The notes beneath the pieces were generated by a model. The model worked only from the letters and a program-made list of their open reading frames with translations. It was not told the origin of the DNA and searched no databases. From positions 544,001-608,000 of the forward strand of contig CBDBKE010000003.1 in the NCBI GenBank assembly GCA_965206645.1: a DNA stretch of 64,000 nt, read 5' to 3'. Position 1 is the first letter of the stretch. The number at the start of each line of letters is the position of its first letter. This DNA is from Terriglobia bacterium (GTDB lineage: Bacteria > Acidobacteriota > Terriglobia > JAJPHL01 > JAPKYU01). Of the stretch, positions 14,837-24,456 are shown piece after piece. Both the position numbers and the translations under genes were made by a program.

Positions 14837-15694
14837 CTACTGTTCCACGGGGAACTCGGGGCGGGAGCCCCAGTCCAGCCAGGAGCCGTCGTAGTTGCGC
14901 ACCTTTGGGTGGCCCAGCAGGCGGAGGACGAAGTAAAGCTGGGAGGAGCGAGTGCCGCTGTTGCAGTAGGTGGCCACCTCGCGGTCGAAGTCCAGGCCGC
15001 GCTCCTGCAACAGGTGGCGGAGCTCCTCGGAAGTCTTGAAGCGGCCGTTCTCGGTGATGGTCTCGCGCCAGTCCAGATTCACCGCGCCGGGGATGTGGCC
15101 CCCGCGCATCCCTGCACGTGCCATGTCGCCAGCGTATTCCTCGGGCGAGCGCGCATCGAGCACCAGCGGGGGGTTTTTCAGCTCCAGTCGCTGGCGGATC
15201 CACTCGGCGGTGGCGATGCGGTTTTGGTTGGCCCGCGGCTGGAAGCTGCCAGCCGACACGGGGCGCGCTTCGGTTTCCACTGTCCCGCCTGCTTGCTGCC
15301 ACCCCGGCCAGCCGCCGTTGAGTACCCGTACGTTCGAGTGGCCAAAAAATTCAGCGAAATAGAAGAAGCGTGCAGCGAAGCGACCGCCATGGTTGTCGTA
15401 GGCGACTACCATTCGATCGGCGTCAATGCCCAATTCGCGAAACAGCGCCCGGGCCTGCTCCAAGGGCAGGGGTAAGCCGGCGCGATTGGCCTCCTGCTGG
15501 TCCAGCCTCCGTACGAAGCAGTGGACCGCGCCGGGAATGTGGCCCCGCTGGAAGGCTTCGGCCGGTCGTAGATCGACCACGCGAACCCGGTCCAGAGATT
15601 GCTTGAGTTCCTTGGGTTCGATCAGTAGAGAAACATCGCAGGGGGCCGCAACGACCCACGCCACCAGACCTACCAGCAGCATCCATGGCCGCAT
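14837..15694 (-). CDS. Tandem-domain rhodanese/sulfurtransferase with predicted signal peptide
   Basis: GHIPGA twice, LNGG, active-site YCNSGTRS, YDGSWLDW; hydrophobic N terminus. Confidence 0.9.
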   Translation of the reverse strand: MRPWMLLVGLVAWVVAAPCDVSLLIEPKELKQSLDRVRVVDLRPAEAFQRGHIPGAVHCFVRRLDQQEANRAGLPLPLEQARALFRELGIDADRMVVAYDNHGGRFAARFFYFAEFFGHSNVRVLNGGWPGWQQAGGTVETEARPVSAGSFQPRANQNRIATAEWIRQRLELKNPPLVLDARSPEEYAGDMARAGMRGGHIPGAVNLDWRETITENGRFKTSEELRHLLQERGLDFDREVATYCNSGTRSSQLYFVLRLLGHPKVRNYDGSWLDWGSRPEFPVEQ

Positions 15695-15696
15695 AG

Positions 15697-15924
15697 TTAG
15701 CTCTTAGCGCCCAGCAGTCTGCGCGCTTCGGCGAATACTTTTTCCTCAGCCGCAGCGCGCGTGCTCTCTTCGGTGGAGGCAATGCGCGCCCTGGCGCCGG
15801 GCACCGGCACCTCCGCCTTGGCGTCATAAGTGCTGCCGAGCCGGTAAGAGGTGATGGTCACCGGATAGTCGCCGATCGTTTCGGTCCGCTTGGAATATTC
15901 CTCTGGTACCAGTTCACCTGCCAT
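15697..15924 (-). CDS. Small hypothetical protein (75 aa)
   Basis: ATG at 15924 after GGAG; fills the gap between co-oriented genes, ending 2 bp before the rhodanese start. Confidence 0.6.
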   Translation of the reverse strand: MAGELVPEEYSKRTETIGDYPVTITSYRLGSTYDAKAEVPVPGARARIASTEESTRAAAEEKVFAEARRLLGAKS

Positions 15925-15969
15925 TGTTTGCTCCGCGGCTTGGCATCCCAGCCACAAGCAACGTCGCCG

Positions 15970-16737
15970 TTACCCGCCGACGAAAACCGGGTAGTGGCTG
16001 GCGGCGGCCATGAAGAACAGCATGGGGATCGAGAGCCAGGCACTGGCGCGCGAGACCAGAAACACGCGCCGCGCCAGTGTGGCCAACTCCGGGGGAACAG
16101 CCGTACCCTTCTCCGCGTTTTCCTGGGTCCAGGCGATGATGCGCTTCTGCGCCGGCCAGATAATGCCCCACACGTTAAACAGCATGATCATCCCCATTCC
16201 GCCGCCCACGCCGATCGAGAGGGCCCGGTTGCTGGCGCCCTCGTAGGTGTTGAACCGCACAACCAAGTGGATCATGATCAGAATCAGCACCGCGAATATG
16301 GCGCCGAACAACCAGCCATTCTTGACTAGCGCCGGGACGCGGAGCAAAAAGAACTCAATTTTAAAGGTGACCAGCACCAGCACTAGCCACACAATAAAGG
16401 TCTTCCAGAAAAACTGGCCCGGATTCTCCGGCGGCTCGGTGAGCAGGATGTAAAAGATAAAGTAGAGGAGGCCTGCCAATACGGTCACCAGGCCTGTCCA
16501 GCGAAACCACCACAGCGCCGGGGGCAGCAGCGCCGACACCACCTTGCTCCTGGTTGGGTCGTCCAGCTTCTTCATGAACCCCACGTTGACCAGATTGAAG
16601 AAATACAGCAACCCGACCCAGGTGATTCCGGCCAGAAAGTGAATCCAGCGCAGAAGCATCTGCAGGTTCGTGCCCAGGTCGCTGGGCGGCAAGACCATCT
16701 GTTGCGCCAGGGATTCAAAACCGCTCGCGAGAATCAT
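15970..16737 (-). CDS. Urate oxidase N-terminal-like (PuuD/DUF989-type) membrane protein without cytochrome c domain
   Basis: RWIHFLAGITWVGLLYFFN, ALWWFRW, IMLFNVWGIIWPAQK, SIPMLFFM; no CxxCH. Confidence 0.75.
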   Translation of the reverse strand: MILASGFESLAQQMVLPPSDLGTNLQMLLRWIHFLAGITWVGLLYFFNLVNVGFMKKLDDPTRSKVVSALLPPALWWFRWTGLVTVLAGLLYFIFYILLTEPPENPGQFFWKTFIVWLVLVLVTFKIEFFLLRVPALVKNGWLFGAIFAVLILIMIHLVVRFNTYEGASNRALSIGVGGGMGMIMLFNVWGIIWPAQKRIIAWTQENAEKGTAVPPELATLARRVFLVSRASAWLSIPMLFFMAAASHYPVFVGG

Positions 16738-16843
16738 TGCTCTTCCTTAAAGAGGTGACATTCAGTTGGATGGTAGCCTGACGCACGCTCTACCCAGCGA
16801 TCCCCGATTCCTATGCCCAAGGTGCGCCCACTCATGGCGGCGA

Positions 16844-17861
16844 TCAGCGCCGATCGAATTCGAGGTAGGTCTTCTGCACGTTCCAGAGGTGAAAACCCGC
16901 TAGGAGCTGATCGAATTCTGTCAGACCTGCGTCGGCCGGTGGACGGTACTTCTTTCCCAATGGCAGACCAGCCAGCGTTCGCTCAAGGCTTTGCCCGGCC
17001 TGTACGGCCTCTTGCACCGACTGGAGGAGTTCGGTCAGATAGCTCATGTAACGTCCGAGAATTCGACTCGAGGAGGGAGCACCATGGCCGGGGATGATGC
17101 GCTCGACTGCGAGCGTCCGAGCAAAGCGGGCAATAGTTTGCAGGTAGGCGCGTGGTTTGCCCGCAACCAAGAAAGGGTTCATTCCTTCGCCCAACACCAG
17201 GTTGCCGGTCCAAGCAACGCGCGCTTCCGGGACGTAGATCACAGTGTCGCCAGGTGTGTTGCCATGGCCGAAGTGGTAGAGCTCCACCGCGCGGCCTCCC
17301 AAGTCGAGCCGCAGGTAGTCGTCAAAGACCACATCGGGCAAACGCAAGCGCGCGGTGGCGTATAGCGTTTGATCGTTGGTTTACAGTGGGCAACAGGAAC
17401 TGTTTCTCTTCCTCGAAGTCGCGCATACGCTTGGCCGTCTCGCGGTGGCCTACGACCAGCGTGGTGTCGGGGAACGCATAGTTGCCGAAGGTGTGGTCGC
17501 CGTGGAAGTTGGTGTTGACCAGGTAAAGAATCGGCTTGTCGGTCACGCGGCGAACCGCCGCTTGGATCTTCCTCGCCATCTCCCCACTGATGTGGGCATC
17601 AATCACTAGCACGCCCCGTTCCCCAACGATGAACCCACTGTTATCCACCGGCGGCTTGGTCGAGAGCAGGGCGTAGACGCCCGGTGCCAGCAGTTTTGTT
17701 TCAAGTTCTGCGCCGGCCGGATGGAGGGACGGCAGGATGAAGCCTTCTGGTCCTTGAAAGCCTGTTTGCTCTTGGGCAACCAAGGGCAATGCCAATGCGA
17801 TCAGTAGGATGATTGAGACTATCGTGACAGTCTTGCCGGTAGATCCAGGTACGAGAATCAT
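16844..17861 (-). pseudogene. Secreted MBL-fold metallo-hydrolase split by a 1-bp frameshift
   Basis: N part has DNSG, LVIDA, NTNFHGDH; C part has GNTPGD, WTGNL, IPGHG; removing one base near 17379 gives continuous LLPTVNNDQTLYATARLRLPD. Confidence 0.8.
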
Positions 17862-18079
17862 GGGTTTTCCTTCTCCGTCATATGGTTAACTTTCTGTGTC
17901 TCACCGCACGACAATTCATGCCGTGGGCTTCTTTGCATGCGCAGTACCAAGTGATTCTCATGCACCGGCAGACCGTTGGCGTCAAGGTCCGAGTGCCCTC
18001 CGGCTCCCTCCCCTAGCCGCGGCCAGCGAAGATGGCTCTCCGGGAAGGCGAGAACGGGAGCGAGGACGCTGCGAGGGCC

Positions 18080-18229
18080 GATGTGCTGGCGATGTCCTTT
18101 CAGAACCCGGAAGTGCGGCCGCTGATGGAACTGGAGGGGCTGAAGCAGTGGCTTCCCGGGCGCGTCAGCGAATACGCCCAACTGGAAAAAGCCGTAGAAA
18201 AGTTCCGATTCTATGGGCCCGGTGGCTGA
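18080..18229 (+). pseudogene. C-terminal remnant of a PhnD/SsuA-like substrate-binding protein
   Basis: LAMSFQNPEVRPLMELEGLKQWLPGRVSEYAQLEKAV..F.FY resembles the C terminus of that family; no N-terminal part upstream. Confidence 0.45.
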
Positions 18230-18260
18230 CAAGAAAAAATGGCCGTAACCCGGCGTGGGA

Positions 18261-18806
18261 CTATTCTGTGGGCTTCCCATCCCTTTTGCAGTCCCGATTT
18301 CGCGCCAAAATCATGTTCTCGATTTCTGCTTTAGAGGTGATCCTTTTCTGCTCCAAAACTTGAAGAAGCGTATTGAGCAATTGAACCATGCTCTGCACCA
18401 TGCTCTCGTAGGTCGGGCCTGCTAGCTTGCCCAAAGCCTGTCCCGAAAGGCGCCTCAGCAGCTTTTCCAGCTGTGCGCGGCCGCGATCGCTCATGGAGAT
18501 GAATTGCAGACCCATGCCCATGCGAGGCGCGGAGAACTTCACCTCGGCGGTCGCCTCGAAACGTTCTTTTTCAATTTCGAGGCTGATGTGAACCCGGAAG
18601 TTCAAGGGGCTCGGTGCCAACATGTCAAGATAGCAACCGCCCAAGCCAATGTCGGCTAGGCGCGCTTGGGCTGGTGGACCGCCACTCAGGTCGCTGATGT
18701 TGGCCGTCGTGGACCACTCGAAGCGAGGATAAACGCGACGCTCGGAACTGCGGCGGTCGGCCTTTAATGCGTGGGCGTTAGTTTGTTCTTGAACCGGGGT
18801 ATTCAT
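18261..18806 (-). CDS. PilZ domain protein
   Basis: RRVYPR (RxxxR), DIGLGGC (variant of DxSxxG), GMGLQF. Confidence 0.85.
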   Translation of the reverse strand: MNTPVQEQTNAHALKADRRSSERRVYPRFEWSTTANISDLSGGPPAQARLADIGLGGCYLDMLAPSPLNFRVHISLEIEKERFEATAEVKFSAPRMGMGLQFISMSDRGRAQLEKLLRRLSGQALGKLAGPTYESMVQSMVQLLNTLLQVLEQKRITSKAEIENMILARNRDCKRDGKPTE

Positions 18807-18858
18807 TCTGGAACGGTGGAACTCAACAAGCCTTGGCAATGTACGAGCTTGGGAGCGC

Positions 18859-20478
18859 TCAACGGCGACGTCTCAAGGTGGACGCCGAAGCTGTTGGACC
18901 GCGGGCGCGATCCAGCAGCTCGCGTACCTTGCGCGCCAGCGTCTCGGTGCTATAAGGCTTTTCCAGAACTGCGGCACCCTGCTCCGTCATGCGGCTGGGC
19001 AGCGCGGTCTGAGCGCTCCCCCCGGTGGTGAAGATGACTGGCAGGCGAGGCTTCAGCGCACACATGCGAGCGTAAGCGTCAGGCCCGCTGAGTCTGGGCA
19101 GCAGCACGTCGAGGACGACCAAGCTGATGCTTGCGTGCTGGGCCTGCGCTAACCGAACCGCTTCCTGTCCGTCACTGGCCAACAGCACCTGGTACCCCAG
19201 ACTGGCCAGCGTCTCCCTTGCCACCTCGCGGGCCCCCTCGCGGGCCCCCTCGTGATCCTCAGCCAACAGAATGGTTTCCGTGCCGCCGCCCGGCGGTCCG
19301 ACTGCCGCTTTCCTTTCCCGTTTGTTGGGGGCAGCCCCGGCCCCCGGGAAGTAGATGCGGACGCGGGTGCCCCGTTTGGGCTTGCTCTGGGTATCGATGA
19401 ACCCGCCGTGTTGCTTGACAATCCCATGAACCACGGCCAGGCCCAGACCGCTGGCCTGGCCCACTTGTTTGGTGGTGAAGAACGGCTCGAACATGCGCCT
19501 CGTCGTGGCGGCGTCCATGCCGGTGCCGTTGTCGGAAACGGCCAGCACCACGTAGCGCCCCGGCCGGGCGCCGGCGCGGCGCCGGGCTTCATCCCCAGTA
19601 AGATCCACGTTGCGGGTTTCGATCACTATGCGGCCGCCGTCGGGCATCGCATCACGGGCATTGAGGCACAGGTTGACCAGTACCTGCTCCAGTTCGGCCG
19701 GGACCGCCCAGGTCTGCTCCAGATTCGGCGCCAGTCCGGTTTCCACCCGGATTCCTTGGCCGAGGATATTTTCCAGCAGGCCGATCACACGGGCCACGGT
19801 CTGGTTCAGATTCACCCGGTACGGTTCCAAAACCCGATGGTTGGCGAAGGCAAGCAACTGCCGGCTCAGGCCGGCCGCGTGCTGGGCTTGCTCCTGAATC
19901 TTCTGGAGGTGCCTGCGCGAAGGGCCCGCAGTTGTTTTCTGCAAAGCCAGCTCCGTCCAGGCCAGAACGGCGAGCATCGTGTTGTTGAAGTCGTGGGCTG
20001 TCCCGCCTGCCAGCAGCCCGAGGGTCTCCATCTTTTGCGCCTGGCGAAGTTGCTCTTCGAGTTGCTTGCGCTCGGTAATATCCAGCAAGACCGAACCGAG
20101 ACCCACCGGTTTCCCACTGGGGTCGTGAATTAAGTTTTCATGAATTTCCAGCATTAGCCGGGAGCCGTCTCGGCGAACGTACTCGCGTTCGAAGGGGACC
20201 AGGCGCTGTTTGCCGGAGATCTTCCAGCGCACAGCTTCACGGCTGGTTTCCCGTTGCTCGGGAACCAGCAGTTCCCAGACGGGCTTGCCCAGAATTTCCT
20301 CGGCTTTCAGACCCAGAAGAGCGCACTCAGCGCGGTTGACGCGCCGCACGATTCCCTTGCGGTCGGTCTGATGGTAGGCGACCGGCGCCTCCTCAAATAG
20401 GCTGCGGAACTGCCCTGCGGCTCCTCCTGACTCTTGCTCAGGAGCCTTCCGGTCCTCCAGAAATCCCCACGCTCGCAC
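18859..20478 (-). CDS. PAS-HisKA-HATPase-REC hybrid sensor kinase
   Basis: PAS, LAGGTAHDFNN H-box, NLCLNARDAM, SDNGTGM, FEPFFTTK, receiver with LLAED and VVLDVLLP. Confidence 0.93.
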   Translation of the reverse strand: MRAWGFLEDRKAPEQESGGAAGQFRSLFEEAPVAYHQTDRKGIVRRVNRAECALLGLKAEEILGKPVWELLVPEQRETSREAVRWKISGKQRLVPFEREYVRRDGSRLMLEIHENLIHDPSGKPVGLGSVLLDITERKQLEEQLRQAQKMETLGLLAGGTAHDFNNTMLAVLAWTELALQKTTAGPSRRHLQKIQEQAQHAAGLSRQLLAFANHRVLEPYRVNLNQTVARVIGLLENILGQGIRVETGLAPNLEQTWAVPAELEQVLVNLCLNARDAMPDGGRIVIETRNVDLTGDEARRRAGARPGRYVVLAVSDNGTGMDAATTRRMFEPFFTTKQVGQASGLGLAVVHGIVKQHGGFIDTQSKPKRGTRVRIYFPGAGAAPNKRERKAAVGPPGGGTETILLAEDHEGAREGAREVARETLASLGYQVLLASDGQEAVRLAQAQHASISLVVLDVLLPRLSGPDAYARMCALKPRLPVIFTTGGSAQTALPSRMTEQGAAVLEKPYSTETLARKVRELLDRARGPTASASTLRRRR

Positions 20479-20740
20479 GCTTCACCCTCAGGCCGAGGAA
20501 CTGCACTTCGCCACAGCACAGGCTGCTAGGCTCTAGTTCGCGCAATCCTGAGTCTGCGAACTCCAGTGCCCAGCTCAGGGACGCCCCTACCCCGAACTGG
20601 CCCTTGCAACGCGAAGTCCGTTCTCTTCTGGTTTGCCTGCAATGGATTAGGGAACAGGCTGCAACGAGGGGGACCAATTTGAAACTACTATTCCGGTTTT
20701 GGAACTGACCCCTGCCAATTCGGCAGACGTCGGGCACCCG

Positions 20741-21343
20741 CTAGGTTTCCCGGGGTTGTAGCGGGTTGGGCTGTCCGCTGGAGAGGTTTCCGCGGAGGCC
20801 AAGCTGGTCGGCGACTGTTTTCATCGCTTCGATGCAGAAGCCGATGTGCTGGTCCAAGTCTACGGTGAGTTCGGCCGCCCCGCGGGTGATGTCGTCACGG
20901 TTGACCGAGCGCGCGAACGCTTTGTCCTTCATCTTCTTCCGCACCGAGCGCGCTTCCACCTCGAAGATGCTCTTGCCGGGCTTCACCAAAGCCACGGCGG
21001 TGAGGAAGCCGGCCAGCTCGTCGCAGGCGTAGAGCACCTGGGCCATTCGGGTGTCGCGCGGCACGCCGCTGTAGTTGGCGTGGCCCAGGATGGCGAGCCG
21101 CACGTCTTCCGGGTAGCCGCGCTCGGCCAGAATCTGGGATCCCTTCGTGGGGTGTTGATCGGGAGTCGGATAGCGCTCGTATTCGAAGTCGTGAATCAGG
21201 CCGACAATCCCCCAACGGGTTTCATCTTCGCCGTAGTGGCGGGCGTAGGCGCGCATGCAGGCCTCCACCGCTAGGGCGTGCTTGATCAAGCTTTCGCTCT
21301 GGGTGAACTCGCGAAGCAGGGCAAAGGACGAATGGCGATCCAT
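20741..21343 (-). CDS. HD-superfamily predicted hydrolase
   Basis: KHALAVE, IHDFEYE, ILGH, ACDEL, KKMKDKAFAR. Confidence 0.85.
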   Translation of the reverse strand: MDRHSSFALLREFTQSESLIKHALAVEACMRAYARHYGEDETRWGIVGLIHDFEYERYPTPDQHPTKGSQILAERGYPEDVRLAILGHANYSGVPRDTRMAQVLYACDELAGFLTAVALVKPGKSIFEVEARSVRKKMKDKAFARSVNRDDITRGAAELTVDLDQHIGFCIEAMKTVADQLGLRGNLSSGQPNPLQPRET

Positions 21344-21595
21344 GGTCCCAGTCTAAGCTCCGAAGTCCAAACTTCAAAGTGTCAGTCCGGAGTTCCGAGT
21401 CCCGCCTTTCGATCTTGGCCTTGGAATCTTTTGCATGCAGGTGTACCACAGCGGAACGAAAGGAGGACACCTTGACGATAACCCGAAAGGGAAGAAGTTG
21501 GGTACTCGACGGGAGACACAAAAAGTATACACGGAAAATATAAAACCCGGAATTATATACTTGACAAGCCCATAGGGGTCTGAGACACTAGTGGC

Positions 21596-22570
21596 ATGGA
21601 GAAGGCCATGAACCTAGTTGGTTTTGCTCAGCACTTTAGCGATGAAGACAAAGCCCGCGAGTTCTTGGAAAAGCAACGCTGGCCAGAAGGTCCATTCTGT
21701 CCACACTGCGGCTTGCTTGGGGACGCCTACCGGCTGAAACCGACCGGAAAGGGCAAGACCCATGTCCGCAAGGGCGTTTGGAAATGCGCTGGCTGCCGCA
21801 AAGAGTTCACCGTCACGGTGGGCACAATCTTTGCTGATTCCCATATCCCTCTAAGCAAGTGGCTGCTGGCGATACACCTGCTTTGCTCCAGCAAGAAGGG
21901 CATGAGCGCCCACCAGCTACACCGGATGCTTGGCGTCACCTACAAGAGCGCATGGTTCATGGCCCATCGCATTCGGCATGCCATGACTCAGGAGCCGTTA
22001 TCATCGAAGCTCACCGGAACGATTGAGATAGACGAAACTTACATCGGCGGAAAGCTGCGCGTTGGTCCGCAGGTCACCAAGCCCGGAGAGAGGCCAAAGG
22101 ACCGCCTCAGCGCGGTTGCGAACAAGGCCGCTGTGGTTTCTCTCTTACAGCGCGGCGGCTCTGTGCGTTCTCGCCATGTGGGGCGCGTCACAGCCAAGAC
22201 GCTGAAGCCAATTATTAGGGAGATGGTCGCTGAAGACGCGCACCTGATGACTGACACTTCTACCGTGCTGGCGAGCGTGGGAAGGAAACGGAGGCATTCC
22301 CAAGTGAACCATTCCGCCAAAGAGTACGTTCGCTTTGAGGATGGCGTGTGCATCAGCACGAACACCGTTGAGGGGTACTTCGCGACCCTGAAACGGGGTA
22401 TCAACGGAGTGTATCACCACGTTGGGAAACAGCATCTTCACCGCTACCTGAGTGAGTTTGACTTCAGGTATAATGCCCGAAAGATTGCCGATGGCGAACG
22501 GTCGGCGTTGGCAATCAAGGGGACAGGTGGAAAGAGACTGATGTACCGGGACTCATGCGGGAAAGCGTGA
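21596..22570 (+). CDS. IS1595 family (ISXO2-like) transposase
   Basis: Zn ribbon CPHC..CAGC, HTH, EIDETYIGG, LMTD, VNHS, TNTVEG, YLSEFDFRYN. Confidence 0.95.
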   Translation: MEKAMNLVGFAQHFSDEDKAREFLEKQRWPEGPFCPHCGLLGDAYRLKPTGKGKTHVRKGVWKCAGCRKEFTVTVGTIFADSHIPLSKWLLAIHLLCSSKKGMSAHQLHRMLGVTYKSAWFMAHRIRHAMTQEPLSSKLTGTIEIDETYIGGKLRVGPQVTKPGERPKDRLSAVANKAAVVSLLQRGGSVRSRHVGRVTAKTLKPIIREMVAEDAHLMTDTSTVLASVGRKRRHSQVNHSAKEYVRFEDGVCISTNTVEGYFATLKRGINGVYHHVGKQHLHRYLSEFDFRYNARKIADGERSALAIKGTGGKRLMYRDSCGKA

Positions 22571-22751
22571 ACCCGACAACGCAAGGGCCGTGGAATCGGA
22601 AATCCACGGCCGAGAAAACCTGACTAAGTGCTATCAGCCTCGCAAGCTGCGGCACGCCTCTGCGTATCTGCCTGTGGCGCTCGCGACGCCTCACGCAGAT
22701 GGCCTAGTCTTTGTGTCTACCCAGGTCAAATTATACACGACGGGGGCATCC

Positions 22752-23570
22752 ATGGCTAGAATGCGTTTCGAGATTGTGGGCGAGTCCGGTGGCGTTTCCC
22801 TACCGACTTATTCTACTACAACTTTCAAACTTCTCCAACTTCTAAGGGAGATCGATTCGGCTATATCTGGCAAAAGTGGCGGCATGGTTAGTTGGTATGT
22901 CGTGGACCTTAAAAAAAACGGAACTCTGGCGTTAGAGATCGAATCGCGTCTCAAGAAACCTCCCAAAAGGCGGCGCGTGCAGATTCGAGATACTGCACCC
23001 GCAGTTTCCCAGTCTCTTGTCACCGGATTCGAGAATATGGAAATCCGTGGCATCAGTCCCCCGTATTTGTCGGAATTTGGATTGGCTAAGTTACAAGGCA
23101 TGATGGGTCTCCTGCAAAAGAACGGTGCACGGGGATTCATCGCTACCGCTGTTGAGGAGCATCGAGCTGTATCCGTGACAGAAAAGAGCGCACGGACACT
23201 AGCGGAATTACTACCTCCCCGTCGGGAAGAAAGGGCCTCGGTAGAGGGCGCATTAGAAACAATATCGATCCATGGAAAGAAAAGATTCATCGTCTACGAC
23301 TCGATTACCCGAAAGGGAGTGACTTGCATTCTTGGCGAGGAAGAGGACCGTCTACAGGAAGTAACTGCCGTTCTCGGTCGCAAGGTAATCGTGTCTGGAG
23401 TAGTACATTACAATATCAAGAATGAGCCGGTTCGGATAGCAGTTGAACGGCTCCGCGTTCTCCCTCCCGATAAGACGATTCCGACTGCTAAACAGCTAAC
23501 TGGTTCTGACCCAAACTTTACCGGAGAAATGACAACGGAAGAATATATTCGGAGTATCAGGCGTGCCTGA
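22752..23570 (+). CDS. Hypothetical passenger protein; possible C-terminal OB-fold and antitoxin-like tail
   Basis: ATG 22752 after GGGGG; overlaps the PIN gene start; C terminus LTGSDPNFTGEMTTEEYIRSIR. Confidence 0.7.
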   Translation: MARMRFEIVGESGGVSLPTYSTTTFKLLQLLREIDSAISGKSGGMVSWYVVDLKKNGTLALEIESRLKKPPKRRRVQIRDTAPAVSQSLVTGFENMEIRGISPPYLSEFGLAKLQGMMGLLQKNGARGFIATAVEEHRAVSVTEKSARTLAELLPPRREERASVEGALETISIHGKKRFIVYDSITRKGVTCILGEEEDRLQEVTAVLGRKVIVSGVVHYNIKNEPVRIAVERLRVLPPDKTIPTAKQLTGSDPNFTGEMTTEEYIRSIRRA

Positions 23571-24054
23571 GCCGTTATATAAGAAGCCCTACTTTGATTC
23601 CACGGTCCTTATCGCGTGGATCAAGAATGAGCAGATGGACGCGAATGGTGTGTCTGTAACCTCAAGCGGCAAGCCAGTCGCTGTTGAGCGCGGAAAGATT
23701 GGTGAGCATCTTCTGACGCTGTCCGAGCAGCGCGTCTTCCCGGTGGTCATCTCAGCCTTAACACTTGCAGAGACACATAAGAAAAAAGGGAAAGAGAAAC
23801 TGAGAGAGGAAGAAAACAAAAACATCCTCCGATATTTTCAGCATGACTTCATAGTCATAGTGCCAGTTGACCGCGCAATTGGCGAAGAAGCGAACGCATT
23901 GTGCCGAAAGTACGAGGACGAGGGTCTATCACCTGCTGACGCGATTCATCTAGCGTGTGCCAAGAGTGCAGGGTGTGATATCCTTTTGTCCTGGAATGGG
24001 GTTCTAAACAAGATTACTGATCCTGCGATAAGGACTGAAGAACCCGTGGCATGA
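23563..24054 (+). CDS. PIN domain (VapC-like) ribonuclease
   Basis: YFDSTVLI, ISALTLAE, DAIHLACA; terminal SWN where D is more usual. Confidence 0.85.
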   Translation: MPEPLYKKPYFDSTVLIAWIKNEQMDANGVSVTSSGKPVAVERGKIGEHLLTLSEQRVFPVVISALTLAETHKKKGKEKLREEENKNILRYFQHDFIVIVPVDRAIGEEANALCRKYEDEGLSPADAIHLACAKSAGCDILLSWNGVLNKITDPAIRTEEPVA

Positions 24055-24112
24055 GTTCCTCCAAAGCCACCTCTACAGGAAAAGCTATTTCCCGAGAGTC
24101 TAGGTGCATCAA

Positions 24113-24280
24113 ATGAAGCAAATAAACGCAAGGCCGCTCTCCCTGCGCCCACTATCCTTCAGGGAAGCAGTCACGGACCTCCTGAAGGTCAAGCCGGAGC
24201 CGAAGCACCGCAAGCCGAAGGCACAGGGAAAGGGAAAGGGCCGCAAGAAGGTAGCTAGCGGGGCTAAACCTCGAAAGTGA
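24113..24280 (+). CDS. 55-aa basic protein inside the IS1595 element (absent from ORF track)
   Basis: MKQINARPLSLRPLSFREAVTDLLKVKPEPKHRKPKAQGKGKGRKKVASGAKPRK; AGGT upstream of ATG. Confidence 0.55.
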   Translation: MKQINARPLSLRPLSFREAVTDLLKVKPEPKHRKPKAQGKGKGRKKVASGAKPRK

Positions 24281-24395
24281 ACCACTCGCCCGGAACGCGG
24301 GTATAGTTTTTTGGCCCTCCGGGACTCGTGAGTATACACCCATCTGATTCAATCCGTATTTGGGCTTGTTAAAGGGATAATTCCGACAAAACCTG

Positions 24396-24424
24396 TTGAC
24401 AATGTTTGATCGGAACCCCACAAT
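24396..24424 (+). promoter_or_regulatory. Putative sigma70 promoter of the XRE regulator gene
   Basis: TTGACA (24396-24401), 17-bp spacer, CACAAT (24419-24424). Confidence 0.5.
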
Positions 24425-24456
24425 GGTGCCCGGCGATCTTTCTCGGCACGAAGCGT

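Larger units (their letters stand above)
21548..24385 (+). mobile_element. IS1595-family element with passenger genes (2838 bp)
   Basis: Left end CGGAATTATATACTTGACAAGCCCA vs reverse complement of right end CGGAATTATCCCTTTAACAAGCCCA; flanked by ATAAAACC (21540-21547) and ACAAAACC (24386-24393); lower GC than flanks. Confidence 0.85.

Noticed and set aside
22590-22751. N-terminal extension of the 326-aa ORF
   Set aside because: Starts right after the transposase with no RBS; ATG 22752 has a G-rich RBS and begins the plausible protein
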